64,000 nt of DNA from Aquificaceae bacterium (GTDB taxonomy: Bacteria > Aquificota > Aquificia > Aquificales > Aquificaceae), in contig JAXSMZ010000003.1 of the NCBI GenBank assembly GCA_037924335.1, positions 1-64,000 of the forward strand, in the 5' to 3' direction. Below, in pieces: positions 8,907 through 19,318 of the stretch. Numbering within the stretch: position 1 is the stretch's first letter; each line of letters opens with the position of its first letter. Under the pieces are notes generated by a model, which searched no databases, had not been told where the DNA came from, and saw only the letters and a program-made list of their open reading frames with translations. Position numbers and translations under genes: made by a program.

Positions 8907-10874
8907 TCATAAAACCTCAAGGCTCGTTGGTCTTAGGGACCTTAGAAGCCTTAGAAGACTCTTCGTTTTCTTTGTCTTTAGCATTATCTCTGTTAGCTCT
9001 CCGTACTTTCTTATGTTGTAGCTAAGTTGGTGTGCTTTTAGCTTTTTTTCAACATCTTTTTTGAACCTTGCAATCAAGAGCCTTGAAAAGGGTGGAAGGT
9101 CTTCTTCCTTTCTCCTTCTTAGCTCATCATCCAAAAATTTCTTCCAGTCTCCCCTCAGAAGTCCCTTTATAACCTTGCTCTCTGGAAATAGGCTTTGAAC
9201 AACGAATATCCTTCTTGCAAGAGAGTATGCCCTCCATATGTACCTGTAGAAGTTCTCCTCAGACTGGAAGGATGGGTAAGATAGGAATGTGTCTGCACTC
9301 AAAACAACCACAATGTCGTATCTCTTCCCCCAGTTGGGATAAGTAGAAAAGCTAAAGTTTCCTCCTATCTCCTCCATGACCCTTTCTATTCCAAAGCCTA
9401 CATCTTTGACCTCCCCTCCACAGTTGGGACACTCAAGCCCACTTTTGTACCCGCAGTTGGTACATATTAGCTTCCCCTTCTCTTTGTAAAAGGTCAGGAA
9501 TGTATTACAGAGAGGGCATAGGGCAAGGCTTTCACACCTTGGACAGTAAGCGTAGCCGTAACCACTTTTACTGACAAGGAAAAGAACATCCCTGCTATCT
9601 TTTAGGACATCCTTGCACCCTTGAGTGAGAACCTCACCAGACCTAATACCAAAGACAAGGACATCCGCACTTGGCTTTTTGTACTCATAAGGGACTCTTT
9701 TTGATAGGACAAAGTGGTATGTCTGGATGTCAAAGGAGGGAAGGAAAAGGGCGAACTCAGCACCAGTATGCTTTGAAAGTAAAAAAAGGAAGTTTCTCGT
9801 ATCAACGCCATCTTTCATCTTTATACCAACGTCATCGAAGATGGCAACGGAAAAAAGGTCCCTTATGGGTGAGAGAAGGGCTACCTTTGTGCCTAAGATG
9901 ACCCTTTTACCCTCTTGACATCTAAACCAGTCTTTGGAAAGCTTCTTATGAGCCGTTAGTGATAAGACCACGTCCCCAAAGTGTTTTTTAAGCTCATCCT
10001 CAAGCCAGAGGAGTGTTGACCGACTGCTGCAGAAGACCAATATGGACCCCTTTTCCAATGTGCTTTCTATAAGGCTTTTTAGCCTATCAAGGGCAGTATC
10101 CGCCACACCTACAAACACATAGCTTCCCTTTATTTCCCTTACCATGCGTGTTTTTACTTTATGCTCTATGTCTTTTCTTTCTTCTACGAGCTTTTCCTTC
10201 CTTAAAAGCCCCATTCTCACGAGCGCATCTATGTCTTTTGGGTTGTGTCCCATTTCCTTTATCTCCTCCCTCGTGGCGTATGTCTTTTCCATCAAAAATA
10301 GGACTATGTCAAGCTTTGACTGTTTTCTCTTTGACCTTCTTATCTTCTGATGGACCTGTTCCATAGTTGCTACAAGTCTGTATACTTCTTCAGTCCTGTC
10401 TGGCATCTCCAACACTTTTTCCCTTCTCAAAAAGCCTTTCTCCAAGAGGAACCTTATGACCTCTCCCCCAAACTTCTTCTCCAAGCTTTTTGGCTTTGCC
10501 CTCTTTTTTTTCAGAAGGTATCTTATTACATCCATGCTCGCCTTGTCCAGGTGTTGTGGAACGATCTGCGGTGGAACTATGTACTCTTCTTCTTTCCAGA
10601 TAAAAACCTTTGGAAGAAGGCTAAAGAGAAAGCTCCAAGGTGTAAGCCCATACATTTCTGATATTTCCTTTATGACCTCTATATGCTCTGGTAGGACTAA
10701 GGGGTTGGCATCTGGAAAATGAGCCTGAAGACTTTTACCGCTCTTGGCATATCCAACAACGACCCCTGTTCTGGATGAGACTATTACTCTGTATCCTACT
10801 GGGCTTTTATCAAAGGGGAAGTCTGTTGATATGTTTACAGTCCTTCCGTTGTTGAAAGCCACTCTTAGGTTCAT
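8907..10874 (-). CDS. priA: Primosomal protein N' (PriA)-like, helicase motifs degenerate
   Basis: Four CxxC pairs followed by GFGIERV, and a C-terminal R..EDLPPFSRL motif. Walker A and DEEH are absent. Confidence 0.8.
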   Translation of the reverse strand: MNLRVAFNNGRTVNISTDFPFDKSPVGYRVIVSSRTGVVVGYAKSGKSLQAHFPDANPLVLPEHIEVIKEISEMYGLTPWSFLFSLLPKVFIWKEEEYIVPPQIVPQHLDKASMDVIRYLLKKKRAKPKSLEKKFGGEVIRFLLEKGFLRREKVLEMPDRTEEVYRLVATMEQVHQKIRRSKRKQSKLDIVLFLMEKTYATREEIKEMGHNPKDIDALVRMGLLRKEKLVEERKDIEHKVKTRMVREIKGSYVFVGVADTALDRLKSLIESTLEKGSILVFCSSRSTLLWLEDELKKHFGDVVLSLTAHKKLSKDWFRCQEGKRVILGTKVALLSPIRDLFSVAIFDDVGIKMKDGVDTRNFLFLLSKHTGAEFALFLPSFDIQTYHFVLSKRVPYEYKKPSADVLVFGIRSGEVLTQGCKDVLKDSRDVLFLVSKSGYGYAYCPRCESLALCPLCNTFLTFYKEKGKLICTNCGYKSGLECPNCGGEVKDVGFGIERVMEEIGGNFSFSTYPNWGKRYDIVVVLSADTFLSYPSFQSEENFYRYIWRAYSLARRIFVVQSLFPESKVIKGLLRGDWKKFLDDELRRRKEEDLPPFSRLLIARFKKDVEKKLKAHQLSYNIRKYGELTEIMLKTKKTKSLLRLLRSLRPTSLEVL

Positions 10875-11362
10875 TCACCCTTGTACTCTGCCTTTGATGT
10901 TGCCGTTTCCCATAGGACAACACGTGAGACCCTTACCTCCCCCAAAAGCTTAGCCTCTTGAAGCCTTTCAGACAAAAACTCGTAAAAGAACTTGGCAAGA
11001 GCCTCTGCTGTTGGACAAAAATCTACTGGAAAGATCCTAAGGCCAAACTTCTCAGAGAGGGTTTTTATGTCCTCATAGAGGGGGTCCTTCACGTCCACTA
11101 TGAAGCTATGGTCCATATCATCTATGAGGTTTTTAAGAGCGTTCTTGACATGATAAAAGTCCATAACCATATCCTGCTCGTTTAGAGTATTAGAGCTAAG
11201 AGTGACTTCAAGCACGTATCCATGGCCATGAAGGTTAACACACTTGTTCTGGGGAACTTCTGCCTCCCTTGTGAACTCTGAACCCCTTCCTGAAGTTAAG
11301 TTTTGCTTCCAGACCCTGTGTCCTGCCTCAAACCTAAAGACCTTTGTTATCTCCCACATCAC
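10871..11362 (-). CDS. queD: 6-carboxy-5,6,7,8-tetrahydropterin synthase (QueD/PTPS family)
   Basis: FEAGHR, C..LHGHGY, MVMDF, DH, PTAEALA and WET motifs. Confidence 0.88.
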   Translation of the reverse strand: MMWEITKVFRFEAGHRVWKQNLTSGRGSEFTREAEVPQNKCVNLHGHGYVLEVTLSSNTLNEQDMVMDFYHVKNALKNLIDDMDHSFIVDVKDPLYEDIKTLSEKFGLRIFPVDFCPTAEALAKFFYEFLSERLQEAKLLGEVRVSRVVLWETATSKAEYKGE

Positions 11363-11598
11363 CAGACCACAACCCTTTTTGCCTTTACTATGAGCTCTGC
11401 TATATCATCGTAGCTCTTTGCCAAGTTTTCTGGGACCTCAATACCCCTTGCCAGAACGTCCTCTTTGCACACAAACCATCCCTTTCTTGTCGGAAACCTG
11501 AGAACTCCATCCTGAACAAGAACCACTATATCATCTTCCTGTACAAGGTCTGAGGAGAAGTCTCCGAGCTTTCTAACAAGCCAAAGGGTGTTTACCAT
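11359..11598 (-). CDS. DsrH/TusB-family sulfur relay protein
   Basis: VLVQDGV...EDVLARG...SYDD..ELI pattern; position after the DsrE/F-like genes. Confidence 0.8.
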   Translation of the reverse strand: MVNTLWLVRKLGDFSSDLVQEDDIVVLVQDGVLRFPTRKGWFVCKEDVLARGIEVPENLAKSYDDIAELIVKAKRVVVW

Positions 11599-11936
11599 AC
11601 GAGTACCCCATCAGCATCTCTTATAAACTTATCCACTTCCTCTATACTTATGAAGCTAACGGGCTTTACAAAGCTTCCCTCCTTTAAGCCCCTCTCTTCT
11701 GCGGAGGTATCTTCAACAAAGAGCTTGACGTTCACATAATCTATATTCTCAAGAAGCTTATCGAATCCTGTTATATAAAGCTTTTCTGGATTCCAATGAG
11801 TTATTGCATAGACGCCATCCTTCATAAAGATAAAGCTAACCTCGCTGTTTATACCTACTGCCATACCAACCCTCATGGCTTCGTGTACCTTCCAAGAGTA
11901 AGGGTCTCCTTTTACTATAAAGACTATCTTCTTCAT
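11592..11936 (-). CDS. DsrF/TusC-like protein
   Basis: GDPY...FMKDGVY...SAEERGL DsrE-fold motifs, with no Cys. Confidence 0.75.
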   Translation of the reverse strand: MKKIVFIVKGDPYSWKVHEAMRVGMAVGINSEVSFIFMKDGVYAITHWNPEKLYITGFDKLLENIDYVNVKLFVEDTSAEERGLKEGSFVKPVSFISIEEVDKFIRDADGVLVW

Positions 11937-12238
11937 CAGTTAAAGGCTAAAAGCTTATCGCACTCAGGAAGTATCTTGGAAAAGTTGTATGTGGAGCTGC
12001 TTTCAAAGTAGCTTGGAAAGTTTTCTATTCCCCTCTGGTGTGCAGAGTGAGCGCAGAACAAAAGCCTTGCTCCAAATTCTGAGAGGCTTTTAGTTTCTGG
12101 TCTAAGAAGGTAGTAAACTCCGTTCCCAGAGAAGAAGATTATAACCTGTCCCTTCCTTGAAAGAGCCTTTACAAGGTTCAGTATGGTAGAAAAGTCCTTA
12201 GCAAAGGGGTTGCTAGTAACTGCAAAGAGGAACTTCAT
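11936..12238 (-). CDS. DsrE/TusD-like sulfurtransferase
   Basis: IFFSGNGVY and active-site CAHSAHQRG. Start set at MKFLF, an ATGA overlap with tusA. Confidence 0.8.
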   Translation of the reverse strand: MKFLFAVTSNPFAKDFSTILNLVKALSRKGQVIIFFSGNGVYYLLRPETKSLSEFGARLLFCAHSAHQRGIENFPSYFESSSTYNFSKILPECDKLLAFN

Positions 12239-12468
12239 CTTTTTTTCCTCACTATGATCTCCCACTCGTTGCCGTTTAGCTGGTTTACTGCTAAAACTTC
12301 CTGTCCTTCTTCTCTCATGCTCTTTGGTACGTTCTCGGCGGAAGGTTGGTAATCTACAATAACCCTTAGTACCTGTCCTACTTGCATATCCTCAAGAACA
12401 AGCTTGCTCTTGACAAAGGTAAAGGGGCAAACATCACCCCTTATATCCAACTCTCTGTCGTATTTCAT
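12235..12468 (-). CDS. tusA: TusA/SirA-family sulfur carrier
   Basis: LDIRGDVCPF motif; 77 aa. Confidence 0.88.
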   Translation of the reverse strand: MKYDRELDIRGDVCPFTFVKSKLVLEDMQVGQVLRVIVDYQPSAENVPKSMREEGQEVLAVNQLNGNEWEIIVRKKR

Positions 12469-12492
12469 AGGATTAAATTATAATCCATCTTC

Positions 12493-14193
12493 TTATTTGG
12501 CCAACACTCTTGCAACTTCTTGGAGGGAGGTTATGCCCTTTTTAACCTTAAGAAGCCCTGCTTCGTACAACGTCCTCATCCCTTTCCTCCTTGCAAGGTC
12601 TTTTATGTCTTCTGCTGTGGCATTGGTAAGTATGAGTTTTCTCATCTCTTCATCTACCTGCAGGATCTCGTGAACTGCCGTCCTTCCCCTATAGCCAGTG
12701 CCCTTGCATACTTCGCATCCACCTTCCCTGTGCGTATAAACAACAACATCCTCAGATGGGTCCTTTATTACCCCTATTCTAAGTAAGGCTTCCTTTGGTA
12801 TGTCAGCCTCCACTTTACAAGCAGGGCATAGCTTTCTTACAAGCCTTTGAGCTACTATGAGGATGACAGAGGAACCAACAAGGAAGGGCTCTATTCCCAT
12901 GTCAACGAGCCTTGTGATGGATGAGGATGCGTCGTTTGTGTGAAGCGTGGAAAAAACAAGGTGGCCTGTTAAAGCTGCCCTTATGCCTATCTCTGCCGTT
13001 TCTGTATCCCTTATCTCACCCACCAGTATGATGTCTGGGTCCTGTCTTAAGAAGGCTCTTAAGACAGTTGCAAAGTTAAGCCCAATGTTTTCTCTAACTT
13101 GCACCTGGTTAAGTCCAGGTATGGAAACCTCCACTGGGTCTTCCACTGTCATTATGTTCACATCGGGCTTGTTTCTCTCCATTAGGGATGCATAAAGGGT
13201 GGTAGTTTTGCCAGAGCCAGTTGGTCCTGTAACAAGTATCATCCCCCAAGGTGTCCATATGGCTTTTCTGAATTTCTCAAGGTCGTCTGATTCAAACCCA
13301 AGTTCTTCAAGCTTAACGCTTAAATACCTCTCAGCCTCTTGGATCCTCATGACTATCTTCTCTCCGTAAACTGTTGGAACGGTAGATACCCTGAGGTCTA
13401 TTCTCTTGTCCCCGATCCTTATCCTTATCCTTCCGTCCTGGGGCTTACGCCTTTCTGATATGTCCATGTTTGAGAGTATCTTATATCTTGCAGTTAGTGG
13501 GTCTTTGACCCTCTGAGGGAATTCGTGAAAGATCCTTAGAACCCCATCCACCCTATACCTTACAACAAGCTTCTTCTCGTAGGGCTCTATGTGTATGTCA
13601 GAAGCTTCGAGCTTTACAGCCTCGTATATGAGATGGTTTGCAAGCCTCACAATGGGTGCTTCTCCAGCTTCGGACGCTAAAGCTTCTGGAGAGAGCTCAA
13701 CGGGAAGCTCTTCTATGGACACCTCTTCTCCCGTCTCTATCTCCTCTAATAGCTCTCTTATCTCCGAATAGAGCTTATCTATTGTGTTTTCTACCGTCTT
13801 TTTTGGTGCAGCATAGGTTATTACGTTCTCTACACCGCTTTTGAACTTTATCTCATTGACAACAGACTGGTTGAAGGGGTTTACCATTATAACAGTGAGT
13901 CTTCCGTTTTGGAAGTTTACTGGTGCTACGTAGTACTTTCTTAGAAGTTCCCTTGATAATAGCCTAAGTATTTCTTGGGGTACGTTCACTTCATCCATGC
14001 CTCCCTTCCAAAGCTTTGTGGGTATGTATTTGGAGTAAAAGTCCATGAGTTTTGTGTCATCCATGTAGCCGAGCCTTATAAGACAGCTTATTATATCCTC
14101 ATCCTTTTCCTTCTGTATGTACGCCTCTTTGGCTTGCTGTGATGTTATGTAGCCAAGCCTTACAAAAAGCTCTAGCAGTTTTGCCTCATCCAT
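12493..14193 (-). CDS. pilB: Type IV pilus assembly ATPase (PilB/GspE family)
   Basis: ASDIHIEP, GPTGSGKTTTLY, LRQDPD, TGHLVFSTLHTN and a CxxC...CxxC zinc motif. Confidence 0.88.
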   Translation of the reverse strand: MDEAKLLELFVRLGYITSQQAKEAYIQKEKDEDIISCLIRLGYMDDTKLMDFYSKYIPTKLWKGGMDEVNVPQEILRLLSRELLRKYYVAPVNFQNGRLTVIMVNPFNQSVVNEIKFKSGVENVITYAAPKKTVENTIDKLYSEIRELLEEIETGEEVSIEELPVELSPEALASEAGEAPIVRLANHLIYEAVKLEASDIHIEPYEKKLVVRYRVDGVLRIFHEFPQRVKDPLTARYKILSNMDISERRKPQDGRIRIRIGDKRIDLRVSTVPTVYGEKIVMRIQEAERYLSVKLEELGFESDDLEKFRKAIWTPWGMILVTGPTGSGKTTTLYASLMERNKPDVNIMTVEDPVEVSIPGLNQVQVRENIGLNFATVLRAFLRQDPDIILVGEIRDTETAEIGIRAALTGHLVFSTLHTNDASSSITRLVDMGIEPFLVGSSVILIVAQRLVRKLCPACKVEADIPKEALLRIGVIKDPSEDVVVYTHREGGCEVCKGTGYRGRTAVHEILQVDEEMRKLILTNATAEDIKDLARRKGMRTLYEAGLLKVKKGITSLQEVARVLAK

Positions 14194-14989
14194 AACTCTC
14201 CTCCATGGATGGGAAAACTCCTCCCTCTACATCTTCTTTGAACCTCTTCAGAGCTTCTCTAAACATATTAGCACCTTCTAAGTACCTTCTGACAAACTTA
14301 GGCTTTATGTCCTCCACAAGGCCAACTATGTCATAAAAGACAAGAACCTGACCGTCGCAGTGTGGCCCTGCACCTATCCCTACGGTTATAGCTTTTGAGC
14401 TTGATGTTAGCTCTTGGGAGATGTAAGAAGGTACGCTCTCAAGCACTATCATAAAGGCACCAGAATCTTCAAGGGCTTTAAAGTCTCTGAAGAGCCTATC
14501 CCTTTCTTCTTCTCTCTTTCCAACAACCCTGTATCCACCAAGAGCATGAACGCTCTGGGGTGTAAAACCTAAGTGTCCAACAACCGGTATCCCAATGCTT
14601 ACAATTTTTTTCACCAGATTGGCTATGTTTTCTCCTCCTTCCAGCTTTACTGCATTGGCAGCCGTTTCCTTCATAACCCTTCCGCAGTTTTTTATGGCAT
14701 CCTCCTCACTGATTTGATAGCTCATAAAGGGCATATCAACTATGAGAAAAGCTCTACTTATCCCTCTCTTTACAGCTTTTGTATGGTATATCATCTCTTC
14801 AAGGGTAACGGGTATTGTAGAGTCAAGACCCTGAAAGACCATCCCAAGGGAGTCTCCAACAAGTATGCAATCTATGCCTACTTGGTCACACAGCTTGGCA
14901 GAGATGTAATCGTATGTGGATACCATAGTTATCTTTTTCCCATCTGACTTCTTCTTAAAAAGAGTTCTTAAAGTAATTCTATCATCCAT
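14186..14989 (-). CDS. panB: 3-methyl-2-oxobutanoate hydroxymethyltransferase
   Basis: LVGDSLGMV, DMPFMSY, VKLEGG, GIGAGPHCDGQVLV. Confidence 0.97.
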   Translation of the reverse strand: MDDRITLRTLFKKKSDGKKITMVSTYDYISAKLCDQVGIDCILVGDSLGMVFQGLDSTIPVTLEEMIYHTKAVKRGISRAFLIVDMPFMSYQISEEDAIKNCGRVMKETAANAVKLEGGENIANLVKKIVSIGIPVVGHLGFTPQSVHALGGYRVVGKREEERDRLFRDFKALEDSGAFMIVLESVPSYISQELTSSSKAITVGIGAGPHCDGQVLVFYDIVGLVEDIKPKFVRRYLEGANMFREALKRFKEDVEGGVFPSMEESYG

Positions 14990-15281
14990 CCTTTTGTTCC
15001 TCCATCAGGCTCAGGAGATCCTTGGAGTAAGCCTTTAGCAAGCTTATGTCGGACAGATCCCTCATTTGGCTGACCAAAACATTTAGGACCTTAAGAAGCT
15101 CCTCCTTCTTTGGACCACTCCCCACCCTTACATGATAGGCTGCTGCAGTTATTGGGTCCCTTACAGTACTTACGATCTTCTTAGCCAAAGCCTTGTCCTC
15201 TGTTTTAGCAAGCTGGTCAATCTCCGGCATAATTTTTTTTATCAGTTCTATGGCCATCTCATACTCCTTAGAGGTAGTCAC
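14982..15281 (-). CDS. Hypothetical protein (99 aa)
   Basis: ORF overlapping both the leuS stop and the panB start. Confidence 0.7.
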   Translation of the reverse strand: MTTSKEYEMAIELIKKIMPEIDQLAKTEDKALAKKIVSTVRDPITAAAYHVRVGSGPKKEELLKVLNVLVSQMRDLSDISLLKAYSKDLLSLMEEQKDG

Positions 15282-17062
15282 TTTGCATCCTCCTTTATTC
15301 TTTCTATGAGCAGGTCAAGGTCATCCTCTTCAGATATGCCAAAATGTGATAGGAATCCTTCTATGCTGACCCACCTTTTTAGTACCATCCCTTGAGTTAT
15401 GAGCCTCAAGAAGGGTTCCTTATCTTTTACCAAGCCAATGTCATAAAGAAACTTTTGGAAAAACCTCGCATAAAGAAGGTGCAAGACAGCATGCTCTATT
15501 CCACCTATGTATATGTCAACTGGCATCCAAAAATCTGCCCTTTCCTTAGAGAAGGGTTTCATGTTATTCTTTGGGTCGCAGTACCTTAGGAAGTACCAGC
15601 TTGAATCGAAGAAGGTATCCATGGTATCTGTTTCTCTCCTCGCAGGTCCTTTACACCTTGGGCATGTTGTCTTTACAAACCCCTCCACGCTCTCAAGTGG
15701 GTTTCCATGCCCAGTTATCTTTACATCCTGCGGAAGCTCTATGGGAAGGTCATCGTAAGGAACTGGCACTATGCCACATACTTCGCAGTAAACTATGGGG
15801 ATGGGTGTCCCCCAGTACCTTTGTCTAGATATGTTCCAATCCCTCAGCTTGTAAGTAACCTTAAGGTCTCCAAGACCTCTATCCTTAAGCCACTTTACTA
15901 TCTCACTCTTTGCCTTATCAGAAGGAATGCCAGAAAATTCTCCAGAGCTTATGAGCGTACCCTCTCCCTCGTAAGCTCTGTCCTTTGGAATCTCCCCTTC
16001 TATCGGTTTTACCACATGCCTTATGGAAAGCTTGTACTTTATGGCAAACTCGTAGTCCCTTTGATCATGGGCAGGTACACACATGATGGCACCGCTTCCG
16101 TACTCATAAAGAACGTAGTTGGCAACCCAGACTGGTATCATATCACCGTTTGCTGGATTCTTGGCATAAACCCCAAGAAAAACACCCTCCTTTATGTTAT
16201 CTTCCTTGCTTTTTGATCTTAAAAATTCCTCCAGCTCCTTTGTTTTATTTCCCTTCTTTGCAAGCTCAAAGACAAGGGGATGCTCTGGCGCCAAAGCTAA
16301 AAATGTGGCTCCAAAAAGTGTGTCTGGTCTTGTTGTGAAAACTTCTATTGGTATATCATTCACATAAAACTTTATCAGAGCTCCCTCTGACCTTCCTATC
16401 CAATTTATCTGCTGAGTTATGACCCTCTCTGGCCACTTGCCCTCTAACTCCTTTAGGTCATCCAAAAGCCTCTCCGCATAGTCCGTTATCTTTATGTACC
16501 ATGATGGAACCTTTTTTCTTATTATGTGCGTACCGCACCTCCAGCATCTTCCATCTATAACCTGCTCGTTGGCAAGAACAGTCTCGTCTTTTGGACACCA
16601 GTTTACTTCCGCTTCCTTCCTGTAGGCTAGCCCCCTCTCGAACATTCTCAGAAAGATCCACTGATTCCATCTGTAATAATCGGGTGTGCATGTGGTTATC
16701 TCCTTGCTCCAATCATAAGAAAAACCAAGACTTTTTAGCTGTCTTTTCATGTAGTCTATGTTTTGATAAGTCCAAAGTGCTGGATGAATACCATGCTTTA
16801 TGGCTGCATTCTCAGCTGGAAGGCCAAAAGCATCCCACCCCATAGGATGAAGCACAGTGAAGCCATCAAACCTTAAAAACCTTGCAATAGCATCACCTAT
16901 GGTGTAGTTTCTCACATGACCCATGTGTATCCTTCCAGATGGGTATGGAAACATCTCAAGTATGTAAACTTTCTTGCCTTCCTCCTTTGAAGAAAAGATG
17001 CCCAAATCCTCCCATATTCTTTGCCACTTTTCCTCTATACTGGAAGGGTTGTAACCTTGCAT
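15278..17062 (-). CDS. leuS: Leucyl-tRNA synthetase alpha subunit (split LeuRS)
   Basis: MFPYPSG.IHMGH, FTTRPDT editing motif, [21 protein letters not shown]; ends after QGMV with no KMSKS. Confidence 0.93.
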   Translation of the reverse strand: MQGYNPSSIEEKWQRIWEDLGIFSSKEEGKKVYILEMFPYPSGRIHMGHVRNYTIGDAIARFLRFDGFTVLHPMGWDAFGLPAENAAIKHGIHPALWTYQNIDYMKRQLKSLGFSYDWSKEITTCTPDYYRWNQWIFLRMFERGLAYRKEAEVNWCPKDETVLANEQVIDGRCWRCGTHIIRKKVPSWYIKITDYAERLLDDLKELEGKWPERVITQQINWIGRSEGALIKFYVNDIPIEVFTTRPDTLFGATFLALAPEHPLVFELAKKGNKTKELEEFLRSKSKEDNIKEGVFLGVYAKNPANGDMIPVWVANYVLYEYGSGAIMCVPAHDQRDYEFAIKYKLSIRHVVKPIEGEIPKDRAYEGEGTLISSGEFSGIPSDKAKSEIVKWLKDRGLGDLKVTYKLRDWNISRQRYWGTPIPIVYCEVCGIVPVPYDDLPIELPQDVKITGHGNPLESVEGFVKTTCPRCKGPARRETDTMDTFFDSSWYFLRYCDPKNNMKPFSKERADFWMPVDIYIGGIEHAVLHLLYARFFQKFLYDIGLVKDKEPFLRLITQGMVLKRWVSIEGFLSHFGISEEDDLDLLIERIKEDAK

Positions 17063-17069
17063 GATACTA

Positions 17070-18053
17070 TTATAGTAAACTTTTATTTATCAATCTTGCC
17101 AAGTCCTTTGCAAAGTAGGTTATTATCATATCAGCTCCAGCTCTCTTTATGGATGTTAGTACTTCTGCCATAACCTTCTGCTCATCTATCCAACCTAACC
17201 TCCCTGCCGCCTTTATCATGGAATACTCGCCGCTTACGTTGTAAGCACAGACGGGGAGTAAGGTTGCCTCTTTTACTCTGTGTATTATGTCTAAGTAAGA
17301 AAGGGCTGGCTTTACCATAACTATGTCTGCACCCTCTTCCACATCCAAAAGGACCTCCTTCAGAGCTTCCCTTGCGTTGGCTGGGTCCATCTGATACCCT
17401 CTCCTGTCTCCAAAGGATGGTGCAGACTGGGCAGCATCTCTGAAAGGTCCATAGAAGGCTGAAGCAAACTTTGCCGAGTATGCCATTATGGGTATGTTGT
17501 AAAAACCTTCATCGTCAAGGGCCTCCCTTATGGCCTTTACCATACCGTCCATCATACCAGATGGAGCAAGCATGTGAGCTCCGTTTTTAGCATGGGATAC
17601 TGCCTGTTTTTTTAAGTTCTCAAGAGTTTTGTCGTTTTCAACCTCTTGTCCTACAAGGACTCCACAGTGTCCATGAGTTGTGTACTCACAGAAGCAAACA
17701 TCCGTGATAAGGTAAACATCTGAAACTTGCTGTCTTATGGCTCTTAGAGTTCTTTGTATTATGCCATCGTCGCTCCATGTGTCCGAACCTACCTCATCTT
17801 TATGCTCTGGGATGCCAAAGAGTATGACTGCCTTTATTCCAAGGTCCACTACGCTTTTTACCTCTTCAACGGCTCTGTCCATGCTAAACCTGTAAACTCC
17901 TGGCATGGATGGTACTTCTTCTGATACCCTTTCCCCCGGGCATACAAATATGGGGTATATAAGGTCATCAAGGGTTATCCTTGTCTCTCTTACAAGCCTC
18001 CTTATGTTTTCATTCTGTCTTAGTCTTCTTGGTCTTAGGTCTGGAAACTTCAT
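17070..18053 (-). CDS. hemB: Porphobilinogen synthase
   Basis: [36 protein letters not shown]. Confidence 0.98.
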   Translation of the reverse strand: MKFPDLRPRRLRQNENIRRLVRETRITLDDLIYPIFVCPGERVSEEVPSMPGVYRFSMDRAVEEVKSVVDLGIKAVILFGIPEHKDEVGSDTWSDDGIIQRTLRAIRQQVSDVYLITDVCFCEYTTHGHCGVLVGQEVENDKTLENLKKQAVSHAKNGAHMLAPSGMMDGMVKAIREALDDEGFYNIPIMAYSAKFASAFYGPFRDAAQSAPSFGDRRGYQMDPANAREALKEVLLDVEEGADIVMVKPALSYLDIIHRVKEATLLPVCAYNVSGEYSMIKAAGRLGWIDEQKVMAEVLTSIKRAGADMIITYFAKDLARLINKSLL

Positions 18054-18067
18054 GGTATAATATTATA

Positions 18068-18835
18068 GTGAAAGTTGGAGTCTTTGATTCTGGCGTCGGT
18101 GGTCTTACGGTCCTTAGAGCTATAAGAGAACACTTTCCCAATTTGGACCTTTTATACCTTGGGGACACGGCAAGGGTTCCATATGGTAGCAAGTCAAAGG
18201 AAACTGTTGTACGCTACAGCATAGAATGCGCAAATTTTCTTTTGGGTTTTGGCATAGACCTTCTTGTAGTGGCTTGCAACACTGCAAGCTCTTATGCCTT
18301 GGATTTTCTCAAGGAGGAACTTACCATCCCTGTTTTTGGTGTTATAGACCCTGGTGTGAAGGCTGCCTTAGAGGTGTCAAAGAGAAAAGTTATAGGCGTC
18401 ATAGGTACAAAAGGAACGATAAGCAGCGGAGTCTATAGGAGAAAGCTGGAAGAAGTTGGAGCGAAAGTTTATGAGAAAGCATGCCCCCTCTTTGTACCTC
18501 TTGTGGAGGAAGGTATAAAAGATGGAACAATAGCGGAGAGTATAGTTGAGTTTTACCTTAAAGAGTTAAAAGAAAAGGGTATAGACACGCTCATAATGGG
18601 ATGCACTCATTATCCACTTCTCAAAGAGGTCATAAAGAAGTACATGGGAGATGTTCATGTGGTAGACTCTGCCTTATGCATAGCTCAGGAGCTAAAGCCT
18701 TATGTGAAGGATGTGGGGGGAGCTTCCCTTAGGCTATTCTTTACGGATAACTCACAAAGCCTGGAGAGCCTCATAGACCTCATACTCGGAAAAGGATACA
18801 AGCCGGAGTTTATTCCCACGCTTTGCAGCCTTTAA
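18068..18835 (+). CDS. murI: Glutamate racemase
   Basis: GVFDSGVGGLTV, PYGSKS, ACNTAS, GCTHYP. GTG start at 18068. Confidence 0.96.
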   Translation: MKVGVFDSGVGGLTVLRAIREHFPNLDLLYLGDTARVPYGSKSKETVVRYSIECANFLLGFGIDLLVVACNTASSYALDFLKEELTIPVFGVIDPGVKAALEVSKRKVIGVIGTKGTISSGVYRRKLEEVGAKVYEKACPLFVPLVEEGIKDGTIAESIVEFYLKELKEKGIDTLIMGCTHYPLLKEVIKKYMGDVHVVDSALCIAQELKPYVKDVGGASLRLFFTDNSQSLESLIDLILGKGYKPEFIPTLCSL

Positions 18836-19318
18836 CTCATCAAGAAAGCTCCTTCTGACCATTTCAAAAAAGCTTTTTATCCTTCTGTCCCTGTAGTCTG
18901 CATACGTCCAGTAAAGGGCTCTAAAGCCCCCATGAACAAAAAGGTACTCTATCTCTGCATAAACCCCTCTTCCTAAGTAGACCCTTCCTCCCCTTCTTTT
19001 GGAAGAGGTCAGCATAAGGTGGCTTTCGTCTATGTAACCTGGGTCTATGTTAAGCCTCCTTTTTCCATCTTGGGAGAAAAGGAGCTCTTGGTTTATAGCC
19101 CAAAGCTTGAAGTCAGCCAAGTTTTCCTTATTCATTAGTCCCTTCAGCGAAACGTAGACTTTTAAAATGTTCTCCCCCATCTCTTTGGAGTAGTACTTCT
19201 GTATGTGTGGAAAGAAAAAGGGTTCAGTTATGTGTTCAACGCTCAGAGAGCTTAAAAGACCTTCAAGCTTTTTCTTGTCTGTGTAAAATATACAGAGGAT
19301 TGGCTTGCTCAACTCCAT
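18752..19318 (-). CDS. DUF4416-family protein
   Basis: YYSKEMG, RRLNIDPGY, RVYLGRGVYAE, WTYADY motifs. Confidence 0.75.
   Translation of the reverse strand: MELSKPILCIFYTDKKKLEGLLSSLSVEHITEPFFFPHIQKYYSKEMGENILKVYVSLKGLMNKENLADFKLWAINQELLFSQDGKRRLNIDPGYIDESHLMLTSSKRRGGRVYLGRGVYAEIEYLFVHGGFRALYWTYADYRDRRIKSFFEMVRRSFLDELKAAKRGNKLRLVSFSEYEVYEALQAL

Noticed and set aside
12493..14193. This ATPase as the GspE of the T2SS cluster at 1.5-5.2 kb
   Set aside because: It sits in a separate housekeeping operon and looks PilB-like; assignment needs phylogeny.
15278..17062. leuS as a truncated pseudogene
   Set aside because: The break point matches the known split alpha/beta LeuRS and the ORF is otherwise intact.
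17981..18067. N-terminal extension of murI
   Set aside because: Overlaps hemB on the other strand; homology starts at GTG 18068.
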